Part shown: piece by piece, positions 21,704-32,585 of the stretch
Numbering within the stretch: the stretch's first letter is position 1
How the letters are laid out: each line of letters begins with the position of its first letter
Origin: Amoebophrya sp. A120
Taxonomy: Eukaryota; Protista; Dinoflagellata
DNA: 64,000 nucleotides
Reading direction: 5' to 3'
Assembly (NCBI GenBank): GCA_905178155.1
Contig: CAJINV010000018.1
Location: 538,609 to 602,608 of the forward strand
The notes under the pieces: generated by a model
The model's input: the letters and a program-made list of their open reading frames with translations, nothing else
The model's database searches: none
What the model was told of the DNA's origin: nothing
Program-made: the position numbers and the translations under genes

Positions 21704-24700
21704 TCAATTCATCAGCGAAATGAGCTCCGACACCTCATCTTCCACCTCCATAAACCCTGGAGTTCGACGCATGTCCTCCTCCGAGTTTTTGTCCTGCTGG
21801 AAAAAAACCGCCGCGTGGCCGCCGCGCTGAGGACAACTCCTGTACGTCGTGTAGTGCCCCGCGCTCTTGCTCTTCTGCTGGTAAAAATCCTGCGCAGCCG
21901 TACTTGAAGATGCGACCGTCCATGAAGCAGGTTTTATTCCGTGCACCAGCGGGTGGGGCTGCGAAGTAGGAACCTCGTCCACCTGGGCTGTTGCAATGAA
22001 CTCCAACCGGTGCTGTTGTGCTCCTGCACGACCTTCAACAGCGCCACCGGCTGTTCCACGACTAGCGTCTGGCATGCCCCCGACCCCGGTAGGAGCTGCT
22101 AAAAGCGGATGACTCAGGTCCGGTTTTTCTTCTCGCACCTCATCCACTATCAAGTGTAAAAATGTCTGGGTCTGGAAGAATGCGCGATTTGTCATGCAGC
22201 TTCTCCATGACGATGACCCATGAGGTCTGGAATGCAGGGCCTAACATTACAGATTTTTTGAGGTCTCTATCATGCCTTTCCTGCTGCATGAGAAACTCCC
22301 TCTCAACTTGGTCAAAAGCGGACAGCTTTTGGTACTCACGCAACACAGATTTTTGCATCATTCAGATTTAGCATGACAAGTTCTAACCTTCCAGACCCAG
22401 ACATTTTTACAGTTGATATCCACCTCCACGTCGCCATTCAGACACGCCCGCAGCATCTGGATGTCGATGTGCGGTTTTTGTTTTGTTGTCGAAGCTATGC
22501 ATTGCAAAAGAAGTATCGTTTATTAAACTACGTGTAGGTTGCATGGCAAAAAATTTTTCCAGAGAGCAAGCTCAGATTTGTCATGCGAAAAATGCGGGTG
22601 GGAAAGTAGAGGTAGAGCTGTCATCCGATAATCGCAAGTTGTTACGTACGAATACGATACTTTCGCCACTCATAGAAGCTGCAGCAGGATGTCTCGTTCG
22701 TGGACTGGGAAGAGCGTGTCGTCGTACAGGAGCCAAAACTTCAGCTTGATTCGAGGTTCCTGCACAGGAGGAGCTCCTTCTTCTGTGCGTCGAAGGAATT
22801 CTGCTGGCTCGGCGACAACCTCCGCGTGGCTCGTCATCGTCTGCCGACTTTTGCGCTGCAGTAGAAAATCTGTTGTCCAACATCGTCTTTTCCAGCTGCT
22901 TATCAAATGCAATAGTGTCTGGGTCTGGAACAAGAATGCAGGTTTGCCATGCATATTTTCCATGCTCCATGAGGTCTGGAATGTAGCAGGACCTAGCATG
23001 ACAGATCCCGCGAAGTCTCTATCATGCCTCCCCTGCATGAGAAACTCTCGCTCATGTTGGTCAACAAAACAGGACAACTTTTGGTGATCACGCAACACAG
23101 ATTTTTGTGTGACCCACAGGACGCATCACAAGTTCCATCCTCCCGGACCCAGACATTTTTGCACTTCATACTGCTCTTCCAGCAGGTCGAGCTGCTTCTC
23201 AATCACCGCAAACTCGTCCAAACCTTGCAAATCTGCTTCTGCGGGGTCACAACCTGCACGGCCGGAGGTACTGGTACTGCCAAACGCAGCATCTTCTTGG
23301 AGATGAATGTAGCCCCCACCACCAGCGCCGGAGGTGAAGGCGGCCACTGCAGAACGACCAGCACTATGCATTGCAAAAGTATCGTACTCGTATAAATGCA
23401 TTACAAATTATTTTCTCAGCATGAGAAATAAAATTTGTAATGCTGATTTGCGTTAACAAGATGATTTGTGATGCATGGCTGCAATACAAGTACGATACTT
23501 CTGCACAGGATAAGCACCGCTGCTACTAGACGTGTTGAGATCCTGAATCAGGTCGAACATTGACTGATCGTAAAACCCGCTTCCGAGCTATCAAGCAAAA
23601 AAGTGCTAACGTTAACGGTTTTCGTTTTGGGGCATTGCAGTCATGCATGACAAACTTTCGCTATCATGCATGCTATGCAATACAATACAAATTTGGGCGT
23701 CATTATTTCTCGTGCATTCCTGCATGCGAAATTCCATTAACGTTAACACTTTTTGGTATGATACGAGCCGCACGTCACCAAAACTTTGGCGTGCTGGTGT
23801 CGGTGTGGACAGCTGATGAGGATAATTATATGAAGATGGTTCTTGTACCGGCGCACCCCGTCGGACTGCACACGACGACCAGCCCTGCCCCTGTCGTGGT
23901 GGTGCAACGCGACCAGACGAACCTCGGTCTACTTCGTCTTCGTCAATCACGACCATGAAGCTCGATTCCTCCGTCTGTGTTTCGGTTTCCACCACTCCTT
24001 TTTTGGGAAAACTCGCAGCTGTTGGCCTTGCTGCTGCGCTTCCGAAAACGACGTGCGGTTTCCGCTGGTCATCGCCATGTTGTTCCTGTTCAGTATCTTC
24101 CGGATGCTGCAACTCCCCCAGATTCGTAAGGTTTGTCCTCCTCTGCTGCTGCTGCGGACTGGCGGGTAGGGTCGTGTGCTGCTGTGCCTGTGACGACGAC
24201 CTGGTCCTCAAGAAGAGCGTGTTGCTGCCTCCTTGAGTGGTTCTACGTTCTTCGCGGGATAGAGACCTTTTTCTGGCTCTGTTTTTCTTTTCCTCCCTCC
24301 CGTCCATGAACCGTCTCAGCAGTGCCAGTTGCGCAGGCCGGAGCGTGGAATTAGCGAGCAGAGAATCGCGGAAAAAATTCTTGTTCCTCGGTGGGGAAGA
24401 CGGAGGCGGAGGTCCATCTCGTGCGGCGGGTGATCTGTTTCTTTCATCTGGCGTGGATGACGTAGATGTAGATGACGAGGAACTTTGTCGTGCTGGGGAC
24501 TTTGCACCATTGCCTTTGTGATGAGAGTCACCACCATTCTCGCCCTGGACATCCTTCGCAGAAGTAGATTTCCGGCTTCGACGCACTGTTTCCGCTACTG
24601 CTGCGTCACACTTTTCGGCAGCAGGAGCAACAGCAGAGGAAGTGGCCGTGTTATTTCTACTCGGGGATGATCGTGATAAGCTGTCATCTCGCTTGATTCT

Positions 24701-25021
24701 GCCTTCTGTTTCTAGAACTTCCACCTCTTCTGCACGACCAGCGCCACCTCTCCTGCACTGAGCATCGCCTTCTACTTTTTCCCTAGTACCTCTCGTCTGT
24801 CCCCCATTCCCAGCACCGAGCGCCGCTTCGTGCTCCTGTTGTAGTTCCTGATAGAGCTTTTGGTACAAGCGGAGTAGCTTGAAGCACTTCGCACACTTCT
24901 CCCTCCAGGCGGCTAAATTCGCTTCGGCCTTTTCCCTTCCGCTTCTTTCCTCGGAAATTTTTTGCATCAGGACCCCGATCCGCTGTTTGTCTTCCTCGCA
25001 CAGATCGAGGAGGCGGGACAT
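21704..25021 (-). CDS. KIAA1328/hinderin-like N-terminal coiled-coil protein with long low-complexity tail, 5 introners
   Basis: N-terminus LLDLCEEDKQRIGVLMQKI...LLRLYQ resembles the KIAA1328 motif; introners at 23589, 23365, 22901, 22496 and 22148 all splice in frame. Confidence 0.7.
22148..22418. mobile_element. Introner family A
   Basis: TSD TCCAC; very similar to 40157-40418. Confidence 0.93.
22496..22674. mobile_element. Degenerate introner family D
   Basis: TSD GAAGC. Confidence 0.83.
22901..23170. mobile_element. Introner family A
   Basis: TSD CTGCT. Confidence 0.92.
23365..23512. mobile_element. Introner family D
   Basis: TSD AGCAC. Confidence 0.92.
23589..23763. mobile_element. 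Introner family H
   Basis: TSD CGAGC. Confidence 0.9.
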
Positions 25022-25735
25022 AATTGTCTTTTGCTGGAAATGGAATTGAAATTGTACGGCAATGACAAAATAAAGACAGGTGAACTTCTTCTAGTATGAG
25101 AAATGGTAGAAGTACCACAGCGAAGATTCTGTAGGTATTTATGTATTGTTCTGCGTCAGGAGCGTCAGCGATAGTTACCATCCTATCATGCTGACATTTA
25201 GTGCATGTGCTCCTTCTGGATCATCGTCATCGCCTAGCTGCAGCTGCATGAAAATTATCGAGGCTGGACCACATCTCCAGTCGACAGAAATTTGCATTTC
25301 TATGAAAGACGAAGTGGACATCGACATCCTGCAGCTCTCGTCCTCTCGTGTGCAAGGGCTTAGCTCTTTTTCATGTTGTCTTTGCAGATGAGTATATTAG
25401 GCCCGTCCCCGTTCTCCGCTTCAGGTACAATCCACACAAGCCATGAACAGCTCGAGGAAAAAGTGAACAGCACAAACGAGGAATGAATCTGGCCACACTT
25501 ATTTGCGGCAAGCCGTGGTAAGGAGACCGACACTGGAAATAAACGACATAGAACAACACACAAAGTGCCTGGTAGTCGCAGTTGCGAATGTAAGCGATGC
25601 TCCACCACAGCTATGTTGGAAAATCATTAGATGTAGTTGCTTGTTGTGGCACTAATGCGTCTCTCTAATTATCGTGGTTCTTCTTAACCCTTAAATAATT
25701 TTCATCAGCCGAAACAAAACGGACTGTCAATCTCG

Positions 25736-28700
25736 TCACAGTTCCGCCCTCGCAGCGGCACTTCCTCCGCTAGCAGCACTTGCGATTTTCAGACTCCCGT
25801 CCGCATTCAAGAAGCACTGACAGAAGTCCAATTCCTTCGGGACGTACTTCTTTTTCGGCTCGAATTTCGGAAATCGGAGGCTCAGGCCCGCTGCTGCTAC
25901 GTTACCAGGCGGATTTTTCATCGCAATCATGGACAATTCTCGTCTTCGGGAAACCACGTTCCACATATGAAAGTGCGCAACTCCACCCCTTCCCCCTCGT
26001 TTGTCATGCAAAATACCAAATCGAGGCTGTGCCCCGTCTTGGTTCTGTTTGCATTATAAACTTCTCCGGAAGCCCAAACAGTACTACGCTCCAGTGTAAC
26101 TCTGTCATGAAGAACCGGCATTCGCATGCTTTTTCTTGCTGATGCTTGTGCTGCCGTTCATGCTATACAAATGAGGGGGAGGGGGAGTTGTGCACTGTCA
26201 TACCACAGACACTCGTGGTTGTCGTACTGGTACCGGTGGATCTCGAGCAAGTCCCAATTCAGTCCCTTCGCGTCGTACACTTCCGTGCAGTACTTTTCGA
26301 TCTCCAACGGCATGTGGTCCTTCCGCTGCATCGGCCGGACCTTCGCGCGGCCCAGTTTGGACAAGGAATACAAGTACAACCCGACAGAAACGTCCTCCCT
26401 GTAGGGGAAGGGCGACAGAGAGCCGTCGGACAAACCCTGGCTATCCACAGTAAATTTCCCGTAGGCGAACAAATGCGGTCTCCACATGACAAAGCTTGGC
26501 TTCGATCCTAGTCTAGCATGACAAGTTTTGCGCTCCAAATATGGTGAAATTTGTGTATGCATCTTGTACATGTACGGAAAATTTGTATTGCATACTGGCC
26601 AACAGCGAGCACCAAATCCTCGCTCATGGCGTAACCCAATCCGCGGGCGTACGCCGGGTAGAATTCGTTGCCAAACGACCGGTAGGGGACGTAGTATTTG
26701 TCCGTGGTGTTCCTATTTGGCTGCACCAAAGCCATGATGAAACCCCAGTAGTGCCCGGTGTGCTGGTATGCAATACAAATTTTCCGTGCATGTACAAGAT
26801 GCATCACAAATTGCGCCAATTTGAAGTGTAACACTTGTCATGCTAAAGTAGTATCGCATCCAAGTTTTGTCATGCAGGCACCGCATTTGTACGTGTACGG
26901 GAAATTTACTGTGGATAGCAGGTGCTTCGAGGACTCGTAGTTGCCAATGTCGACGGTCTGGATTTCGATTATGGGGCTCTCAAACGTTACATTCTCAACT
27001 GTTACATGGTTTGTCACGCAGAATTGCTTTCAGAATCTACACCATCAAGCTGCTTCGCATGACAAATTCTTAGAGGGCCAAACAGGCGGATAATCGGCGC
27101 CAAATCTGTCATGCAAGACGCGCAAGATCTCTCCTATCACTTTTCCCATCCTTGCATCACAAATTCATGTAACAGTTGAGAATGTAACAGTTGAGAACGC
27201 CATATCGATCGTCGGTTTGATTTCCCGTGGCGTGATGTCGTCTGTCGCGGACCACAGGTCCACGCCGTGGCCTGGTGGGGGTTGGGATAAAAACATCAAG
27301 TACAACGTAATATTGCGCATCATAGCATTCACCAAAACATCAAATAAAGCTGCAGCACTCTACTCTTGTCATGCGCAAAGAAGTATCTATAATGAATCAA
27401 TACCTTCTGTCACATTTGTTTTTCCTCGAGAGCTCGCGTCTTCCTTCCGCCCCGTGAAAGCCGCGAACAGGTCCTCGATAATACCGTCGATATTGAAAAA
27501 AGTGTCGTCGTCTGCCTTCTATGCATTTTTACAAAAGTAGTTGTATCGCACCAGATAGCAGAAAACTGCATTGCAACAGCAACTTTTTTCAAAAGCAAAT
27601 ACTTAAAATCAAGTTTGTCATGCAGATCGAGCAGGAACGAATACGAAAGAAGATCTGTCATTCGAGACTAGCATTGAATTTACACAAGTGCGACACTTCA
27701 TTTGCAAAGGATATTTTCATCAAGTAGCGGAGTCTTGTATCCTGTGCAAAAGTATCGCACTCGTATAAATGCAAGTCTTGCATTACAAATATTTTTCTTG
27801 AGGTAAATCAGCATGACAAATTTTATTTCTCATGCTGAGGAAATTTGTAATGCATTTATACGAGTACGATGCTTTTGCAATGCATATCTTGTCCTCGTAC
27901 TGGGTTTACGGAACTGCATCAGGCCGAATTTCATGATATGAAAGCCTCAGGTTGGAAATCCTCAAAGTGAAAATAATTTGTAATGCAAAAAAACGACTCC
28001 AGTTGGAGCACCATTTATAGTCGGCGCATGACAAATTTCCCGGGCACTCAAAACGTGTCTGTCTCTGTCATGCTAGTTAGGCATATAAAGGGGTGCCCTC
28101 CTCTCATGCTAATCAGGAACCCAATTCTGAACAACCCGTAGAAGCACAACAGTCGGCCTCCATTGCGTTCTCCGCAATGCAGTCTTTTTGGTGTCGCATT
28201 TCATGCATCACAAAGTATTTCCACTTTGAGGATTTCCATTCTGAGGGTGTCATACATGATCGCAGCGGTTTTGATCCAGATGTTCTCAAACTTGTCGTCA
28301 TAGTGGTCCAACAGCACCAAGTCCTGGTACTCAGCATGCTCTTCTTCCAGCGCGTCGTTCTCGTTCTCCTCTTCGCGGTTGTACTCATTCTCGCTACTTT
28401 TCTGCTTTTTCCCGATGAAGAACATATTCTGTGCACAAGTATCGCACTCGTAGTAATTGCAAACAAGCATTACAAATCGAAATCTTGCTCTTAAGCTAAA
28501 TCCGCATTACAAATTTTATTTCTCATGCAGAGAAAATTTGTAATGCATTTATACGAGTACGATACTTTTGCAGTGCATAGAACACGACCCGGACCAAAAT
28601 TTCCGGGTATAACGGGGACCCCTTCGCCCAGGTTTCGCGGATCAACGCCCGCGCGCGCTTGTTCTTCTATGAGAGTGCACAACACCCCCTCCCCCTCGTT

Positions 28701-31700
28701 TGTATGGTATGAACAGCAACACAAGCAACGGCAGAAATGGGCCTTCCGCATGACAAATCTACTTACACACGGATACTACTGTTTCAGGCTCCGAAGCTTA
28801 CCTTGCGAACAGTGCTTCAAGAACGCAAGTGGTGTATTCGGTATTTTGCATGACAAATGAGAGGGAGGGGGAGTTCTTGTGCGCTGTCATATCTTCCTGG
28901 CGGAGTGGACACAAACTAAGAGCTCCCCCGTCAGGGAAGAAGTTGTTTTCCCGGTGATTTCGTCTTTCACAGACACAATCGACATTTCTTGGTAGTGCAT
29001 GGAGGTGACGGCGGTGAGGAACCGCAAGAACCGCGACTGGCCCCAGTATAATGCGGTCAAGTAGTGGTTGGACTCGTGCGTCATGTACATCCGCACCCCG
29101 TGTTGTAGGATCCCGCTGCCATCCGTCAACGTCGCCACGAGATTGTGCATTTCCTTCGGACTCGTGAAGTAGAACGGCATGAAGAGCAACACCCGTTCCA
29201 GAAAAGAAGCTAGGTTTGCGGACAGGTAGTAAATCGGGATGATCCCCTGGGTATGAAATGCAAAAGCATCGTACAATTCGTAGTATTGCAATACAAATTC
29301 AGCATGACAAATGAAATTTGTCATCCTGATTTAGCTTGAAAAAGAAATTAGTAATGCATAAATGCGATTCGTACGTCGAGCACGATACTTTTGCGGTTCA
29401 TACTGGGATAAGCACTCGATGAACTCTTCGCCGATTTTATCCTGTGTAAAAACGTCCCCACACCAGAGTTGTCATGCAGATTTGCCATGACAGGAACATT
29501 TGTGATGCGCAACCCCATGACAGGCATTTTCAATCGTGTTTGGGAACTTGTAATGCTGTAAACACACACAGGATCAGCAGATCGATTTGTGATGCGGCTG
29601 CACTTGCTAACTTGCACTACCTTACGGACTGAAACTTGTCATGCGTGACTCCCAAAACTCCTAGGTTTGTGTTGCAAAATCCCCATCTTGACTCTGGTGT
29701 GGGTACGCTTTTACTCAGGATGGATTTCCTCGGTAAATATGAGCCGGAACGGCATGCGGTCGTTGCTGCAGTGTTCCGCGTATGCATTGCAAAAGTATCG
29801 CACTCGTTTCGTAGTAATTGCTGGCAGCATTACTTTTACTACAGATTTCATTTTGAATGCTGAGCCAATTTGTATTGCAATTTCTACTTAGTACGATGCT
29901 TTTGTAATGCGTACCGCGTCGAGGCACATGACCACTTCGCCCTTGCGGACCATGTCCAGGAAATACGGCGTCCATTCGTCTGGGTTTTCCAGCCACTTGT
30001 GGTGGTTTCGCTGCGCTTCCTTGTCGAAAACCCGGTGCGCGTGGAAAGAAACGAGAGGGATTCCCTCCAACTGAATCGGTAAAATTTCGTCCGGCATGGA
30101 TTGCAAAAGTGTCTGGGTCTGGAAGAGTGCCAGACTTGTCATGCTCGGCTAGCATGGCCCTCAAGTCTGTCATGCACGTTACCCAATGAATGAATGAATG
30201 AATGAATGAATGAATGAATGAATGAATGAATGAATGAATGAGTGACGCCCCCTGACGCACCTCGTCGATCCGATCGCTTCACCAGTTCTTCTAGTCTCCT
30301 GAACTGCCACGAATGCAAAGCGCAGCCAGCTTGTCACGCATACATATTAACCAGCAAGCGATTTCCCGGTCCGACGGCCCCTCTTAATCCGGTTTTCGAC
30401 GACACACGCTGTGTCGCCTGTGGGTGAACTGGTACGCCATGCGTACATGGACGAAACCCCGATTGGCCGTTGAGCCACCCCCGCGGCACCTACCGACTCT
30501 CCCTGAGCCAGTACACGTGGTCAACAAACACCACTAGTGCGTACTGCTAGCCGCGTCGCTTTTCTGTCATGCGGAAACGCAGTATGTCGTGCAGGATAGA
30601 CTACACCGACCACCTCAGAAACTTGTCATGCTGGAACGGCAATTGCGGCATCCTAATCATTCGCAAACCAGCATCACAAGTTTCCAGACCCAGACATATT
30701 TGCAGCATTTGATATCCGGCCGCCAGGGCAGGCTGTGAAACTTCTCCGTATCCGGGTTTTCGTTGGCATCGAAGGGGACTAATTTGCACTTTTTCAACTC
30801 CTCGCGCATGTTCGTCGTTTTTTCGCGGAACGCGACAATCAACAGCTCGTCCTCCAGGACCAGCAGGTCGTAGTGGCTGCAGAGCTTCTCGGCGACAAGC
30901 AACCATGGGTCCAGGGATTTTCCTTTTCCGTGCAGCCAGAGGACGTGGAGCGCGGCCTGGGACGAGTAGAAAGTGGTGGCTTTATAATTCTGGTCCTCGT
31001 GCTCCTGGCCATCTTCACTTGGACGATTTCGAGTGCGTTCTACTTCTGCACCAGCTCCAGTACCATCGGATTCTTGGCCAACACGAGAGTCCTCTCCTTC
31101 GTTCCCAATGCTCACCAGGTCCTGTAAGTTCCACAGTTTCTGTATCCCACAGAAAAAAGCAGGCAGGGCATATTTGTAATGCAAAAATAAATACACAGGA
31201 AAATCTGTCATGGGCGAGGCCGTAACATCCTGTTCAGGGCATGCAGATTTTTTTGTCTATTTATTTTTGCATTACAAATATGGCCTGTGCGTCCGTTTCT
31301 GGAGCATATTCAGCTTTTTAAAAACGTCCTCCGGCTTGAAGTTTTCCGCTGCTGGCTGCCCACCTGAGGTGAGTATACTGTGCAAAAGTATCGTGCTCGT
31401 ATTGCAATCATGCATTACAAATCTTTTTCTTGAGGTAAATCAGCATTACAAATTTTATTTCTCATGCTGAGAAAATTTGTAATGCATTTATACGAATACG
31501 ATACTTGTTTTGCAGTTCATAGTGAGTGCGCCGGACGGCGTCATTTCTTGGCTTTCGGCGGTAGCGACGTCGATTACCACGCACCCGCGGGATGACGAGG
31601 GTGAAAATAGTAGTCCCGCTTGCGAAGATGCTGTAGAGACTGTTCGCTCGTTATTTTCAGATGAATCAACACCCACATGACGAGTATTCCGCTTCAGCAC

Positions 31701-32585
31701 CCCGCTGACCTCCCCGGAATCCGCGTTGAATAAGGCGACCACTTTGCTGTCGAGTTTTTTGAAGCTCAGGAGCGTGGAACCAGATCTCGCTGCAGTTGTT
31801 CCTATTGTCGCTGCTCCTGCGCCAGCAGAGGACCTAGCATTGGAAGAGGCGGTATTGATCATACCGAGCAAAGCCTGAGCGTCCGCCTCGTCCGCGTCGT
31901 GGTCATCTGCAGCTATGGACGCCGATAAACCTGCTGCGCTGGTGCCCACTGATCCGGTTGACGCATCGTCCTTGTCCGCATGATCGGCGCGTGTTCCTGA
32001 TGCAGCTCCTGCCACTTCTCCCGCTGAGGAACTACTCCGTTTTCTCTCCGTCGGTGGCTGGAACTTTTCCGAAGGTTTGTCGTCGAAAATACTCCGCAAA
32101 TAAATATCCGGATGATAAGGGAACAGCGTTGCCAAGCCGCCCTGCAGATGGGTGAATTTTTGCTTCAGCCAACTGGTCGTGTCTATGTTGTTATGTTGAC
32201 CATTGTTCTTGTTCGAGCCACTTTGGCTGTTCGATGTGGTGGATGTGGTCGTGCTGAAACCACCTCCTCCTCCGCCGCCTTGAATCGTGCTCGGAAGTGG
32301 AACATTCCCCAGGTTGCCGAAGCCGCCAAAGCTTGGTGGAAATAGATTCGCGGCGGTTGGCGTGGTGTGGAGGGTGGCGGAGACGATAATTGCTCCACCT
32401 AGGAGTTGTAAGTCGCGCATGGTTCTCGTTCTTCTCTGTCGTGAGGATGCAGCAGCTCTTCTTTTGCGGCGCCGCCTACTCGGGGAAATAGAACGGCCGG
32501 TATTAAGATTCTCTGTTATTCGGCGCGGGCAGGCAGAAGTCGTCTGCTGCGACTCCTCTTGTTTTTCTGTGATCGACACAATCAT
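25736..32585 (-). CDS. GT31-family beta-1,3-galactosyltransferase-like protein, 16 introns (15 introners, 1 GT-AG)
   Basis: Spliced product has VHSARKNKRARALIRETWAK, EEHAEYQDLV, DKFENIWIKT, YLMKTDDDTFFNI, KYYVPY, YPAYARGLGYAMSEDLV and EDVSVGLYL. Confidence 0.88.
25966..26202. mobile_element. Introner family B
   Basis: TSD CCACA. Confidence 0.9.
26442..26594. mobile_element. Introner family K
   Basis: TATCCACAGTAAATTTCCCGTA...TACGGAAAATTTGTATTGCATA; TSD CTGGC. Confidence 0.9.
26767..26917. mobile_element. Introner family K, inverted relative to 26442
   Basis: Reverse-complement copy of 26442-26594; TSD GCTGG/GCAGG. Confidence 0.9.
26970..27204. mobile_element. Introner family E
   Basis: TSD TCGAT. 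Confidence 0.9.
27272..27403 (-). other. GT-AG intron, probably an ancient introner
   Basis: GAAG|GTATTG...CACCAG|G keeps the frame; retains a TTGTCATGC motif. Confidence 0.65.
27520..27713. mobile_element. Degenerate introner (D-like)
   Basis: TSD CCTTC/TTTTC; removal restores MK(T/A)DDDTF. Confidence 0.85.
27738..27886. mobile_element. Introner family D (reverse orientation)
   Basis: TSD TCTTG. Confidence 0.92.
27937..28254. mobile_element. Introner family F-like
   Basis: TSD CATGA. Confidence 0.88.
28425..28579. mobile_element. Introner family D
   Basis: TSD GAACA. Confidence 0.92.
28668..28891. mobile_element. Introner family B
   Basis: TSD TCTTC; restores SARKNKRAR. Confidence 0.9.
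29252..29402. mobile_element. Introner family D
   Basis: TSD CTGGG. Confidence 0.9.
29438..29722. mobile_element. Introner family I
   Basis: TSD GATTT; opposite orientation to 19418. Confidence 0.9.
29781..29913. mobile_element. Introner family D
   Basis: TSD CCGCG. Confidence 0.9.
30095..30714. mobile_element. Introner family A with a ~360-bp internal insertion
   Basis: TSD TCCGG; foreign GC-rich segment about 30186-30548. Confidence 0.88.
30185..30240. repeat. (AATG)14 microsatellite
   Basis: Perfect tetranucleotide run, probably the tail of an inserted retroelement fragment. Confidence 0.95.
31143..31308. mobile_element. Introner family J (long imperfect TIR)
   Basis: Inner arms CATATTTGTAATGCAAAAATAAATA; TSD TTCTG/TTCAG; removal keeps the frame. 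Confidence 0.82.
31374..31521. mobile_element. Introner family D
   Basis: TSD GTGAG. Confidence 0.92.

Noticed and set aside
31171-31280. Shorter TAT...ATA element boundary
   Set aside because: No TSD there; the wider boundary 31143-31308 has a TSD and preserves the frame.
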